Shown piece after piece: positions 39,783 to 50,099 of a stretch of 64,000 nt of DNA. Within the stretch, counting starts at the first letter, position 1. Each line of letters begins with the position of its first letter. Below the pieces are notes generated by a model. The model was not told where the DNA came from. It did not search any database and saw nothing but the letters and a program-made list of their open reading frames with translations. The position numbers were made by a program, and so were the translations under genes. Origin of the DNA: a virus. Its lineage: Duplodnaviria; Caudoviricetes. The stretch covers positions 1-64,000 of the IMG/VR virus record IMGVR_UViG_3300033073_001153; one strand, given 5' to 3'.

Positions 39783-40605
39783 ATTATACGCAAAAGATAC
39801 TATTTTTAAACATGGGTTATATACCATGAATCCATCTCCTATTGCTAGGCATTCTAAATATATGCAATGGGATTTCAATCCACCTGAAAACAATGATGAT
39901 ATTCAGATTGTATACACAGAAACTAGTTTTAATCTTGTTCGTCCAAAAAGCAAAAATAATATCGGATGGATTATAGAATCTCCAGAATATCATAAAAAAC
40001 ATTACGATAAGATAAAAAAAGATAATAGTTTATTTAAACATGTAATAACTCATGATAAAGAACTATTAGATAGTAGTAATATTTTTAAATTTTCACCAAT
40101 GGGAGGTTCTTGGTTATACCAAGAAGATATTGGAATACACGAAAAAACCAAGAATTACAGTATTATTTCTTCTTGGAAAAACGAATTATCAGGACATAAA
40201 TTACGTCATCAAATAATAGCAGGATCTGGAAAAAACATTGATGTATATGGAAATGGATACAATCCAGTACAGAAAAAGATAACTGCATTAAAGGATTATA
40301 GATACAGTTTTTGTATAGAAAATTGTAAGAAAGATTATTATTTCACCGAAAAATTAATTGATTGTTTTTTATCTGGAACAATTCCGATTTACTGGGGATG
40401 TCCTTCTATTGGTGATTTTTTTAATCTCAAAGGAATGATTATATTTGACGATCTTTTAGAACTGAAAGATAAGTTGAAATTATGTACGAAAGAATATTAC
40501 GGAAATAATAAAGAGTACATAATTGAAAACTTCAATAAAGCTCATAAGTATTTGCTCGCAGAAGATTACATCTTCGAAAATAGTAAAGAATTGCTTTATC
40601 TTTAA
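39772..40605 (+). CDS. GT10 (alpha-1,3/4-fucosyltransferase-like) glycosyltransferase
   Basis: YRYSFCIEN...YFTEKLIDCFLSGTIPIYWG. Confidence 0.85.
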   Translation: MKCKLYAKDTIFKHGLYTMNPSPIARHSKYMQWDFNPPENNDDIQIVYTETSFNLVRPKSKNNIGWIIESPEYHKKHYDKIKKDNSLFKHVITHDKELLDSSNIFKFSPMGGSWLYQEDIGIHEKTKNYSIISSWKNELSGHKLRHQIIAGSGKNIDVYGNGYNPVQKKITALKDYRYSFCIENCKKDYYFTEKLIDCFLSGTIPIYWGCPSIGDFFNLKGMIIFDDLLELKDKLKLCTKEYYGNNKEYIIENFNKAHKYLLAEDYIFENSKELLYL

Positions 40606-40651
40606 TTTTTAAACTATTGAAAATATCGATTAATGTGGTATATTATTAATA

Positions 40652-41818
40652 ATGACTGATCCGTTAAACATTCCTCTTGTAAGAGATACTATTAGTAAAT
40701 CAAATATTGATAATTTGATTAATTGGTTGCATACAAATCCTATTTTAACTAAAAATAAATTAACTGTTCAGTTTGAAAAAGAATGGTCCGAATATTTAGG
40801 ATGTAAATATTCTGTTTATGTGAATTCTGGTTCTAGTGCTAATTTAGCAATGATTTATTCTTTGATTCAATCAAAAAGATTAAAAAATGATAAAGTGATT
40901 GTACCTGCCGTATCTTGGACTACTACAGTAACTCCAATAATACAATTTGGATTAACACCAATTCTTTGCGAATGTGATAAAGAAACCCTTGGGCTAGATA
41001 TAGAACATTTAGAAAAATTAATATTAGAACATAATCCATCCGTTTTGATGTTGGTTCATGTTTTAGCATTTCCCTGCAAAATGGATGAGATTTTAAATTT
41101 ATGCGAAAAGCATAATATAATCTTATTAGAAGATTCGTGCGAATCTATTGATTCTACTTATAAAGGAATTAAAACTGGTAATTTTGGATTAATGAGTACA
41201 TTTTCTTTCTATTATGGACATCACATGTCTACTATTGAAGGAGGAATGATTTGCACAAATGATGAAGAAATATATAGATTATTGATATCTTTAAGATCCC
41301 ACGGATGGGACAGAGATCTTGATGTAGATTATCAGAAAAAGATAAGAAAAGAACACAATGTAACAGATTTTCGTGCTCTTTATACTTTCTATTATCCCGG
41401 ATTTAATTTACGTTCTACTGACTTACAAGCATTTCTAGGATTAGAACAGTTGAAAACAATGGAAGAATTTTCCAAAATTAGAAACAGAAACTTTAAAATA
41501 TATCATTCGGTTATTAAAAATGATTTTTGGAAGATTAAGGATTATGATTATTGTTTTTATTCTAACTTTTCTTATCCTATCATAACTCCTAAAATAAATG
41601 AACTGGTAAAAGAATTAAAAGAACATAATGTAGAATCTCGTCCATTAATTTGCGGATCTATCGGAAAACAACCATACTGGATTAATTTATACGGAGAAAC
41701 AAATTTAGAATTTGCTAATCTGGTACATGATAATGGACTATATCTTCCGAACAATCATCAAATGACAGAAGAAGAAGTTACCAAATTATCAGAAATTGTT
41801 AATAATGTTTTGAATTAA
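40652..41818 (+). CDS. colD: DegT/DnrJ-family PLP enzyme of the His type; ColD-like GDP-4-keto-6-deoxymannose 3-dehydratase
   Basis: VNSGSSANL, PAVSW, EDSCES, FSFYYGHHMSTIEGG (His where aminotransferases have Lys), LRSHGW, PGFNLR; 388 aa. Confidence 0.75.
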   Translation: MTDPLNIPLVRDTISKSNIDNLINWLHTNPILTKNKLTVQFEKEWSEYLGCKYSVYVNSGSSANLAMIYSLIQSKRLKNDKVIVPAVSWTTTVTPIIQFGLTPILCECDKETLGLDIEHLEKLILEHNPSVLMLVHVLAFPCKMDEILNLCEKHNIILLEDSCESIDSTYKGIKTGNFGLMSTFSFYYGHHMSTIEGGMICTNDEEIYRLLISLRSHGWDRDLDVDYQKKIRKEHNVTDFRALYTFYYPGFNLRSTDLQAFLGLEQLKTMEEFSKIRNRNFKIYHSVIKNDFWKIKDYDYCFYSNFSYPIITPKINELVKELKEHNVESRPLICGSIGKQPYWINLYGETNLEFANLVHDNGLYLPNNHQMTEEEVTKLSEIVNNVLN

Positions 41819-41826
41819 AAGAATTT

Positions 41827-42609
41827 ATGAAAAGAAATGCCACTATTTTTATTAGAAGAAATGCTGGATTCTTTTCAGATTTTCTAACTTGTTTAGCAGG
41901 AATAAAATATTGTCATGATAATGACATAAATTTTTATATAGATTGGAATAATTTATGTTATCCTACTATAAACGGAAATAATTTATTTGATGAATTTTTC
42001 TTCCAAGAAAAGAAGAATGAAAATTATGATATATTTTTTTATAATTTAACTCCATACGGGTATATGTTTACTGATGTTGAAAATGAAAGTTCAACACATA
42101 ACCTATATGATTTTTATAAACCTTTTTCTGATTTATTACATAATTTAAAAATTTTAGATACTCCGTTTTTTAATAAAATACCAAATTATTTTCAAAATAA
42201 AAAAGTTTTAGGATTTCATAAAAGAGGAACTGATCATTATCAGCATGGTAGTATTTTATCGGATGAATATTTTTCTTCAAAAATAGACGAAGAACTTAAA
42301 AAAGATAATTATGATAATATTTTCATGATTACTGATGATTTAAATTCTTTGAATTTTTTTAGAAATAAATACGGAAATTTTTTAATATCTACAGATGCTA
42401 TTAAAACTGACGGAAATATAGGACTTCATATGCTACCATTAAATGATAATAGACATTTATTGGCTCCGCAAGCAATATTAGATTCTTATCTTCTTTCTTT
42501 AACTACCAAAAAAATAGTTACTAAAAGTAATTTGTCTACTTTTAGTATTTTATGTAATTTAAAATTTGACAATTTTATCTATATAGATAAAAATATAGCA
42601 TATAGCTGA
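41827..42609 (+). CDS. NodZ / GT23-like fucosyltransferase-type glycosyltransferase
   Basis: NAGFFS, LGFHKRGTDH, IFMITDD, ILDSYLLS...SNLS. Confidence 0.75.
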   Translation: MKRNATIFIRRNAGFFSDFLTCLAGIKYCHDNDINFYIDWNNLCYPTINGNNLFDEFFFQEKKNENYDIFFYNLTPYGYMFTDVENESSTHNLYDFYKPFSDLLHNLKILDTPFFNKIPNYFQNKKVLGFHKRGTDHYQHGSILSDEYFSSKIDEELKKDNYDNIFMITDDLNSLNFFRNKYGNFLISTDAIKTDGNIGLHMLPLNDNRHLLAPQAILDSYLLSLTTKKIVTKSNLSTFSILCNLKFDNFIYIDKNIAYS

Positions 42610-42648
42610 TAAAATGGCAATTCTAGAATAACTAGAAATTCAAAAATT

Positions 42649-42996
42649 ATGAAACATCATGTCGTAGAAAAATCTTGGGGTAGTGAAGAATGGATAGTGA
42701 ATAGTCCAAAATACTGTGGAAAATTATTAAGAATTTTTAAAGACAAAAGTACATCTTGGCATTATCATAAATTAAAAGATGAAGTAATGTATGTACATAC
42801 TGGAAAAGTTTTGATTAAACATGGATATAATGAAGATATAAATCATTTTAGTATTAAAGATGTAATACTTTTTTCTGGAGAAAGTTTTCATATTCCTACA
42901 GGGTTGATACATAAAATTATTGCCTTAGAAGAAACTGAATTGTTTGAATTTTCTACAGAACATTTTGATTCTGATAGTTATAGACTATTTTCTTAA
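42649..42996 (+). CDS. Cupin (sugar isomerase-like)
   Basis: KSWGSEEWI, SWHYH..KDE, HIPTGLIH, EFSTEH..SDSYR. Confidence 0.85.
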   Translation: MKHHVVEKSWGSEEWIVNSPKYCGKLLRIFKDKSTSWHYHKLKDEVMYVHTGKVLIKHGYNEDINHFSIKDVILFSGESFHIPTGLIHKIIALEETELFEFSTEHFDSDSYRLFS

Positions 42997-43001
42997 TTAA
43001 A

Positions 43002-43847
43002 ATGAAAGATTTAATATTATATAATGAATATCATAATGGAGATTTATTTTATTCTAGAATTTTATTAAACATGTTGCCTAAAGAGACGAATATAAAATAT
43101 TTTCATAATTGTAAGTCTTCTCTTTTTTGTGATTTAATTAATGTAGAAGAGATTAATATTTCTCATATAAACAATTTTAAAAATATAAATAATTTTCCTG
43201 TTATAAACACTTGGATAGGTCAAAATAATATGATCTATATAAATTCTATAAATACGGGGTGTAGTTATGAAAATCATTTTTTTCTAGCTAAAAAGTTAAC
43301 AAATAGTTTAGGAATCCAAGTAGATGATGACATGGATAAATATATTCCTGATATAAATTATCATCTTCTTCCTAATATTGATAATATTAAAACTAAATTA
43401 AATGATTTAAAAACAAAATTTAAAAAATTTGTTTTAATTTCAAACGGAGATGTACATTCTGGACAAGCTACCAATTTTGATTTTTCGCCTATTGTAAATA
43501 TCTTGGCAAATTTATATCCTGATGTATTGTTCTTTGTTACTAAAGATATATTAACATATAATATCAATATTTTGAATACTTCTAAAATTACCGAAGTAAT
43601 TCCAGATTTATTGCAAATTAGCTATATATCTAATTTTTGTGATGTTATAATTGGTAGAGCATCTGGTCCTTTTTGTTTTTGCCATACAAAAGAAAATCTT
43701 TTAAATAAAAATAAAGTATTTGTTTCTTTTTCTAAAAATAAATATGAAGGGATTTTTTATCAAAATCAAAAATCCAAATATATATGGCATAATAATTATG
43801 ACAAAGACAATATTTTAAATTTAATTAAAGATTCAAAAATTTTATGA
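43002..43847 (+). CDS. Hypothetical protein, possibly a GT-B glycosyltransferase
   Basis: HNGDL...R and CDVIIGRASGP (GT9-like tail); located in the glycan island. Confidence 0.55.
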   Translation: MKDLILYNEYHNGDLFYSRILLNMLPKETNIKYFHNCKSSLFCDLINVEEINISHINNFKNINNFPVINTWIGQNNMIYINSINTGCSYENHFFLAKKLTNSLGIQVDDDMDKYIPDINYHLLPNIDNIKTKLNDLKTKFKKFVLISNGDVHSGQATNFDFSPIVNILANLYPDVLFFVTKDILTYNINILNTSKITEVIPDLLQISYISNFCDVIIGRASGPFCFCHTKENLLNKNKVFVSFSKNKYEGIFYQNQKSKYIWHNNYDKDNILNLIKDSKIL

Positions 43848-44191
43848 ACATTGGAGAAACAATCGAAAACATTATTTTAAATAAAACTAAAGAAATTTTA
43901 TCTCAAAGCAAGAAGGTGGAATTGCCAGAAGATTTAATCGAAACTGATAATCTAGGAGAAGTTATTGAAAAACTCTCTATATTACATTGTAGAATGTGGT
44001 ATCTTGAAGATGCTATTAGTGATGCAAAAAGTGATTCAGAAATTGCTGATCTTAAAAGAAAAATAGACATTTGTTTCAAAACTAAAAGACCAAAATATGT
44101 ACAAGCTATAAATCGAATGGTTGAAAACTGTATCGTTAGCAGCAAATCTCTGGTAGAAGATTCGGTAAAACACTATAAAGGATTTAATTAA
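43844..44191 (+). CDS. DUF4254-like helical protein
   Basis: IEKLSILHCRMWYLED...KRKID...R...IN. Confidence 0.6.
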   Translation: MNIGETIENIILNKTKEILSQSKKVELPEDLIETDNLGEVIEKLSILHCRMWYLEDAISDAKSDSEIADLKRKIDICFKTKRPKYVQAINRMVENCIVSSKSLVEDSVKHYKGFN

Positions 44192-44979
44192 TGGATAACC
44201 TCATTATAGGAGATACTGCACAATTAAATTATTATTTTCCTAAAGATTATCTCAGAATTTCTTCTAGAAATATAGATTTTGATAATTTTAAAAATAATAA
44301 ATTTGATACTGTATATATTCTATTCGCAGAACAAAGAACCTTTTTAAAAGAAAATGAAGATTTTTTTATAGAAACAAATGTAACTTATACATTAAAAGTA
44401 GTAGATTTCTTTAAGAAAATTTGTAATAAAGTAGTATTGTATTCTACTTCTGAATTGTGGAATGATTACGAAGGAGAGATTGATATTAGTTTAAATTTTA
44501 AATACAATTATTCTCCTTATATTAAATCTAAAGAGGTTTTATCACAAAAAATAAACGAAAATAAGGACATTTATAAAAATGTTCACATTATTTATCCTTT
44601 TAATTTCAATTCTCCTTTTAGAAAAGAAGGATTTTTATTTTACAAAATATTTGATTCGGTTATTAATAAGAAAAAAGAAACAATAGGAGATGTAAACATG
44701 TTCAGAGATTTAGTGCATCCTTCTATAATCGTAAATGAATCTATATCCGCAAAAGAGGATAAATTGATAGGAACGGGAGAACTAATAAATGTTAAAAATT
44801 ATATAGAAGATATTTTTACGAAGAATAATCTAAATTTTTCAGATTACATAACTTCTAATAGTAATAAAAATTTATCTAATATTAGAAAAGAATATTACTC
44901 AAAAATAAAATATTCTTCATATTCCGAATTGTTAGATTTAACTATTAAGGATATTAGAAAAATCATTGAAAATGCATAG
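44191..44979 (+). CDS. Divergent NAD-dependent epimerase/reductase (extended SDR)
   Basis: YSTSE, YIKSK (YxxxK), PFNFNSP, RDLVH; glycine-rich N-terminal motif is degenerate. Confidence 0.7.
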   Translation: MDNLIIGDTAQLNYYFPKDYLRISSRNIDFDNFKNNKFDTVYILFAEQRTFLKENEDFFIETNVTYTLKVVDFFKKICNKVVLYSTSELWNDYEGEIDISLNFKYNYSPYIKSKEVLSQKINENKDIYKNVHIIYPFNFNSPFRKEGFLFYKIFDSVINKKKETIGDVNMFRDLVHPSIIVNESISAKEDKLIGTGELINVKNYIEDIFTKNNLNFSDYITSNSNKNLSNIRKEYYSKIKYSSYSELLDLTIKDIRKIIENA

Positions 44980-45001
44980 AATACTGTTATAATGGGTTTT
45001 T

Positions 45002-46042
45002 ATGAAAAAAGCACTCATTACTGGAATTACCGGACAAGATGGATCTTATCTTACTGAGCAACTTTTAGAAAAAGGTTATGAAGTTCATGGTATTATTCGC
45101 AGATCATCTTCATTTAATACTTCTAGAATTGATCACATATACAATAATACTTTGTATAGAAATGTTTTCAAACTTCATTATGGTGATGTTACAGATTCCA
45201 GTAACATTAATAGACTATTAGAAAAAATAGAACCAGATGAAATTTATAATTTAGCAGCACAAAGTCATGTTAAAGTATCTTTTGATATTCCAGAATATAC
45301 TGCACAAGTAGATGCTATTGGTACTTTAAGATTTTTAGATGCAATTAAAGAAGTGGGATTAAAAGATAAAACAAGATTTTATCAAGCATCTACATCTGAA
45401 TTATATGGAAAAGTTTTAGAAACTCCACAAAGTGAAACTACTCCTTTTTATCCTAGATCTCCATATGCAGTTGCTAAAATTTATGGATATTGGTGTGTAG
45501 TAAATTATAGAGAGGCATATGGAATTCATGCTTCTAATGGAATTTTATTTAATCACGAATCTCCAAGAAGAGGAGAAACATTTGTTACAAGAAAGATTAC
45601 TAGAGCAGTTGGTAGAATTAAAGAAGGATTGCAAGATTGTTTATATCTTGGTAATTTAGATTCAAAACGTGATTGGGGATATGCTCCTGAATATACTGAT
45701 ATGATGTGGAGAATATTACAGCATGATACTCCAGATGATTATGTATGTGCAACCGGAGAAACACACACGATTCGTGAATTTTGTATTAAGTCATTCAAAG
45801 AAGTCGGAATTGATTTAATTTTTGAAGGAAATGATGTCAATGAAATTGGAATAGATAATAAGACAGGAAAAACAATTTTACAAATTGATCCCAAATATTT
45901 TAGACCTACAGAAGTAGATCTTTTGTTGGGAAATCCAGCAAAGGCAAAACAAATTCTTGAATGGGAACCAAAGGTAAAGTTCGATGAATTGGTTAAAATT
46001 ATGACAAAAGCAGATTGGGAATTAGCTAGAAAAGAAAAATAA
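45002..46042 (+). CDS. gmd: GDP-mannose 4,6-dehydratase
   Basis: [60 protein letters not shown]. Confidence 0.98.
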   Translation: MKKALITGITGQDGSYLTEQLLEKGYEVHGIIRRSSSFNTSRIDHIYNNTLYRNVFKLHYGDVTDSSNINRLLEKIEPDEIYNLAAQSHVKVSFDIPEYTAQVDAIGTLRFLDAIKEVGLKDKTRFYQASTSELYGKVLETPQSETTPFYPRSPYAVAKIYGYWCVVNYREAYGIHASNGILFNHESPRRGETFVTRKITRAVGRIKEGLQDCLYLGNLDSKRDWGYAPEYTDMMWRILQHDTPDDYVCATGETHTIREFCIKSFKEVGIDLIFEGNDVNEIGIDNKTGKTILQIDPKYFRPTEVDLLLGNPAKAKQILEWEPKVKFDELVKIMTKADWELARKEK

Positions 46043-46044
46043 TT

Positions 46045-46668
46045 ATGAAAACTCTAACAGAAATAGGAAAATATTTTAATACAGACAAGGCTACTCATCA
46101 TAATTTTACTGATTTTTATGATACATATTTCAACAAATTAAGAAATGAAAAATTTAATATTTTAGAAATAGGAATTTGGAAAGGAGAGTCATTAAAAATG
46201 TGGAAAGAATATTTTCAAAATTCCCAAATTTATGGATTAGATATCAATAATCTAAAACATTTAGAAGAAGATAGAATTTTTATAGAACAAGCAGATCAAA
46301 CTGATATTCAAAGAATGAACACGGTTTTTCCTAATATTAAATTTGATATTATTATTGATGATGGTGGACATTCCATGTATCAACAACAATTGACATTAAT
46401 TGCTATGTTGCATAGATTAAAACGTGGAGGTTATTTTATTTTGGAAGATTTACACACTAGTTTAGAACCACATCCTTTTTATAATAATGATCCTTCTAAA
46501 AGAACTGCTTTGGAATTAATTGAAAACTTTAAAAATAAAAAAGAGGATTTTAATAATTTTTATATAAATTCGGAATATATAAAAACTATATATGATCAAA
46601 TAGAGTTTTGTGAAATTTATAAATATAATGAAGGTACAAGTATTAGCAGTATTCTTAAAAAAAAATAA
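46045..46668 (+). CDS. Class I SAM-dependent (sugar O-) methyltransferase
   Basis: TDK..HH, ILEIGI..GES, GLDI, DIIIDDGGH, GGYFILEDLHTS. Confidence 0.85.
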   Translation: MKTLTEIGKYFNTDKATHHNFTDFYDTYFNKLRNEKFNILEIGIWKGESLKMWKEYFQNSQIYGLDINNLKHLEEDRIFIEQADQTDIQRMNTVFPNIKFDIIIDDGGHSMYQQQLTLIAMLHRLKRGGYFILEDLHTSLEPHPFYNNDPSKRTALELIENFKNKKEDFNNFYINSEYIKTIYDQIEFCEIYKYNEGTSISSILKKK

Positions 46669-46688
46669 ATTTACAAACACAAAAATAA

Positions 46689-47066
46689 ATGGACGATACT
46701 ATTTTTAATTATATTGATTCTGTTCTTTTTAATAAGAAGAAACTAAATACCATCAATGAAGGCGAAACTCAATTCAATCTTTATATGCTTAATCGCTGGT
46801 GTTCTATGTATTCTTCCGATGTTGCTCAAATCATCAATGAGACATCGAACAAATACGGTAAATTATTTCAGACGAAGCAAGAGCAATACGAATTTTTATT
46901 AAACATGCTTCCTAGAGTTAAAAAGAAAAGAATTAATTACATTAAAAAAAATAAAGAAGAAGCAAAAAAAGAAGATAATGAATTAGGTTTAATAGCAAAA
47001 GCTATGGAAATTTCAAAAAGAGAAATAGAAGAAAATATTAAATTATTGGAAAAATTATGTTACTAA
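46689..47066 (+). CDS. gp62: Clamp loader small subunit (T4 gp62-like)
   Basis: F..YMLNRWCSM...INE..N...QYEFL.N...KKRI.YIKK. Confidence 0.75.
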   Translation: MDDTIFNYIDSVLFNKKKLNTINEGETQFNLYMLNRWCSMYSSDVAQIINETSNKYGKLFQTKQEQYEFLLNMLPRVKKKRINYIKKNKEEAKKEDNELGLIAKAMEISKREIEENIKLLEKLCY

Positions 47067-47104
47067 CTTTATTGATTTTTAAATAATTCATCTTAACTAT
47101 TTTT

Positions 47105-47524
47105 ATGGCTATAGAAGTACCTTCTCACATGGATAATGTTAAGCACAAAAAAGGAATGATCGATCTAGATGCAAATTCCGAAGGGTTTTTCGGACTAGAT
47201 GATTATAAACTTTCTTTTGTATTTGATGATATTGTTTTAGTTGAATTTGTTGATGAAATTGAAGATTCTAAGGGATCTGCGGTTATGCGTAATGGGTTGT
47301 ATGTTCCTACTAATGTTAATACCAAGGCATGGAGAAAGGCTAAAGTGGTATTGACTGGACCTAATGTAGCTTTTTGTAAGAAAGATGATATTGTAATTTT
47401 CCCTAATGATAAGGGCGTATCAGTTGCTAATTTAGATGTGGATGGCTACGGAAAGGTTAAGAAGGGTATGTTTTTAAACGAACAACGTATGTTCGGTATT
47501 GCCAAGAAGCAAAAGGGTAAATAA
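47105..47524 (+). CDS. GroES-like co-chaperonin (functional analogue of T4 gp31)
   Basis: DDIVLVE...GLYVP...AKVVLTGP...KKDDIVIF...FLNEQRMFG. Confidence 0.8.
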   Translation: MAIEVPSHMDNVKHKKGMIDLDANSEGFFGLDDYKLSFVFDDIVLVEFVDEIEDSKGSAVMRNGLYVPTNVNTKAWRKAKVVLTGPNVAFCKKDDIVIFPNDKGVSVANLDVDGYGKVKKGMFLNEQRMFGIAKKQKGK

Positions 47525-47528
47525 TTAT

Positions 47529-48017
47529 GTGCAAAAAACTTCTCTTTTTTCTTTAGAAAACGATTTACGTAATAATTTGTGCGAAGTTTTCATAAAACGC
47601 CGCCGAATTTTACTTCGTGATCGTCCTGTCTTTAGAAGAATGTTGTGTACGAATTCAAACGAGTTGCTCCGTTCATTTCATGGAGCAACTCGTTTGCTTT
47701 TTAGAATACCTACAAATCCACCACCATTTGATGCTCGTAAATATAATTTAGTAACTACTTGGGACGTATTAATGCACGATCATCGAAATATAAATTTAGA
47801 CGATACTTATTTAATTCATAAATATGCTATAAATGAAAAAGATATTCGTGTATGGATGCGAGGTGGATATTTTACACATCCAATAAGTAATATGCGTATA
47901 AAAGTAGACACCAAAGACAATTTTATGGGAGGTCTTAATTTTATAAGAAAATATATATTAAACAATGTATATCTTACGATGTCAAACGAAGAAAGATATA
48001 GTTGGATGGATAATTAA
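47529..48017 (+). CDS. Hypothetical late protein (SH3/WYL-like fold possible)
   Basis: GTG at 47529, 5 nt after TAAATA at 47518-47523; RRMLCT...VTTWDV...RNI. Confidence 0.55.
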   Translation: MQKTSLFSLENDLRNNLCEVFIKRRRILLRDRPVFRRMLCTNSNELLRSFHGATRLLFRIPTNPPPFDARKYNLVTTWDVLMHDHRNINLDDTYLIHKYAINEKDIRVWMRGGYFTHPISNMRIKVDTKDNFMGGLNFIRKYILNNVYLTMSNEERYSWMDN

Positions 48018-48060
48018 ATTATTCTCTTGATCATTATTATTATCTTCATAAATATACCAA

Positions 48061-48417
48061 ATGGATAATATTGATAGTAATTTTAATTATTTTTTACAAA
48101 GAGATGTAGTATTTTCGATGGACAATAAAATAATTAAAGAAGGCAAATTAATTCTATTTTCTCAAAAAGATTATTATCTAATTTTTCATCTGAAAAATAG
48201 TAACGGAGAACACAAAAAGTACGAATTGCCTTATCCATTTAATATAGAAAGAAAAGACAATTATTTGAAATTTGATTATAAGATAGAATCTATTTCTAAA
48301 AATGATTCTGAGCTTTATTATAGATTATTATCTTTAAACAAGAAACAAGTTTCTAGATTTTTCAACAACAAAATTTTGATGTTCGAGAAAAATTGTCTTG
48401 ATCTTTCGGTTGTGTAA
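48061..48417 (+). CDS. Hypothetical late protein
   Basis: TAAATA at 48049-48054. Confidence 0.65.
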   Translation: MDNIDSNFNYFLQRDVVFSMDNKIIKEGKLILFSQKDYYLIFHLKNSNGEHKKYELPYPFNIERKDNYLKFDYKIESISKNDSELYYRLLSLNKKQVSRFFNNKILMFEKNCLDLSVV

Positions 48418-48432
48418 AAGTAGTATGGTGTG

Positions 48433-50067
48433 ATGCCATTGTTAGATTATTTTCCGTATGAAGGTGGAAAATTTGAACCTTCAAAAGAACAGACTCATTT
48501 AATTAAAAGTATAGACGATGCTTTTAAAAGTGGTTATAAGTTTGTTATTTGCTGTGCTCCTACAGGAAGTGGAAAATCTTTTTTATCTAAAACTCTTGCA
48601 AACTTTTCTAAAGAAGTCACTGATAAATTCAGAAATTTAATAGAATCATATAATGCTTTCAGAGCTGACCAATATGGTGATTATTTCAAAGCAGATGAAT
48701 GTAGAGACGAACCTGCATTTGGATCTTTCGCTTTAACTATCACAAAAGGTTTACAAGATCAATACACAAATAGTTTCGAAGATGCATTTTCTTTAAAAGG
48801 AAAAAGTAGTTATATTTGTAGAGTTGATCCTAGTTGTGATGTAGAAGTCGCTCCCTGTCTTTTTAATTCTAAATTGAAAGAAGGTTGTATTCTAAATTCT
48901 CGTTGTGATTATTATAATGATAGAAAGAATACGTTAATCAATAAATTTGGTATTCTTAATTATAGTATGTTTCTTTCTCTTCCTGATCATGTAAAAAGAA
49001 GAGAATATATTATATGTGACGAAGCTTCTGAATTAGAAGATGAATTAGTAAAACGTTTTAGCAGAAATTTGAATTATAAAATTCTAAAAAGATTAGGATT
49101 CAAACCGCAAGATGTACCTGTAGAAAATTATAAAAAATTTAGAATCTGGCTAGAAAGTCTTAAAATTAATCTTGGAAATGAAGTAGAAGAATTAAAAAAA
49201 TTACTAAACAAAAAGAAAAAAAGTACATTTATAGATTCTGATGTTCAGAGATATAAACTTTTTAGTAATTTACATTCTCAAATTAAAGTAACTTTAGACA
49301 CTTGGGAAGAATGTGAATATGTTATTGAACATAATTTAGAAGGAGTAACATTAAAACCATTACGAGTCGAAAAACTATCAGATAGTATTTTTAGATTTGG
49401 TGATAAAGTATTGTTAATGTCTGCCACTATTATTGATCATGCTAATTTTGCTAAAACATTGGGGATCAAAAAATACAAATACATCGAAGTAGATTCTGCA
49501 TTCGAACCTAAGAATGCACCAATTTATGTAAAAGTAGGTGACAAGATTAATTTCAAAAATTTAAAAGAAAAACTTCCTAAATTGTGTGAAAATACTTTAA
49601 AAATATGCGAATTGCATAAACACCAAAAGGGAATCATCCATACTCATACTATGGAAATCACTCAATATTTAAAAGATCGCACAAATGACCCTAGATTTCT
49701 TTTTAGAATAGATGGACAAAATAACGAATCTATTATTAAACAACACATAGAATCAAAAGAACCTACGGTATTGGTTAGTCCTTCTATGGCATTTGGGGTG
49801 GATTTAAAAGAAGATCTGGCTAGATTTCAAATTTTAATGAAAGCTGCATATATGCCATTAAATGACGAAAGAATTAAAAGACTCTTTAAAGAAGATCCTG
49901 AATGGTACGTTAATAAAATGCTTAACAACTTAATTCAGGCTTGTGGTAGAGGAGTGAGAACAAAGAATGACAAATGTATTACGTACATATTAGATGGTAC
50001 GATCACAGATGCAGTGATACGATCAGCAAGGAAACTTCCACAGTATTTCCTTTCTCGTTTTGTTTAA
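48433..50067 (+). CDS. DinG/Rad3(XPD)-family helicase with putative Fe-S cysteines
   Basis: APTGSGKS, LKGKSSYIC...C...C...C...C, CDEA, LMSAT, GVD, QACGRGVR; promoter TTGATC-17-TAGTAT-6 nt-ATG. Confidence 0.88.
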   Translation: MPLLDYFPYEGGKFEPSKEQTHLIKSIDDAFKSGYKFVICCAPTGSGKSFLSKTLANFSKEVTDKFRNLIESYNAFRADQYGDYFKADECRDEPAFGSFALTITKGLQDQYTNSFEDAFSLKGKSSYICRVDPSCDVEVAPCLFNSKLKEGCILNSRCDYYNDRKNTLINKFGILNYSMFLSLPDHVKRREYIICDEASELEDELVKRFSRNLNYKILKRLGFKPQDVPVENYKKFRIWLESLKINLGNEVEELKKLLNKKKKSTFIDSDVQRYKLFSNLHSQIKVTLDTWEECEYVIEHNLEGVTLKPLRVEKLSDSIFRFGDKVLLMSATIIDHANFAKTLGIKKYKYIEVDSAFEPKNAPIYVKVGDKINFKNLKEKLPKLCENTLKICELHKHQKGIIHTHTMEITQYLKDRTNDPRFLFRIDGQNNESIIKQHIESKEPTVLVSPSMAFGVDLKEDLARFQILMKAAYMPLNDERIKRLFKEDPEWYVNKMLNNLIQACGRGVRTKNDKCITYILDGTITDAVIRSARKLPQYFLSRFV

Positions 50068-50099
50068 CTTGTTACACTTTCTCTAAATAATAGAGAAAG

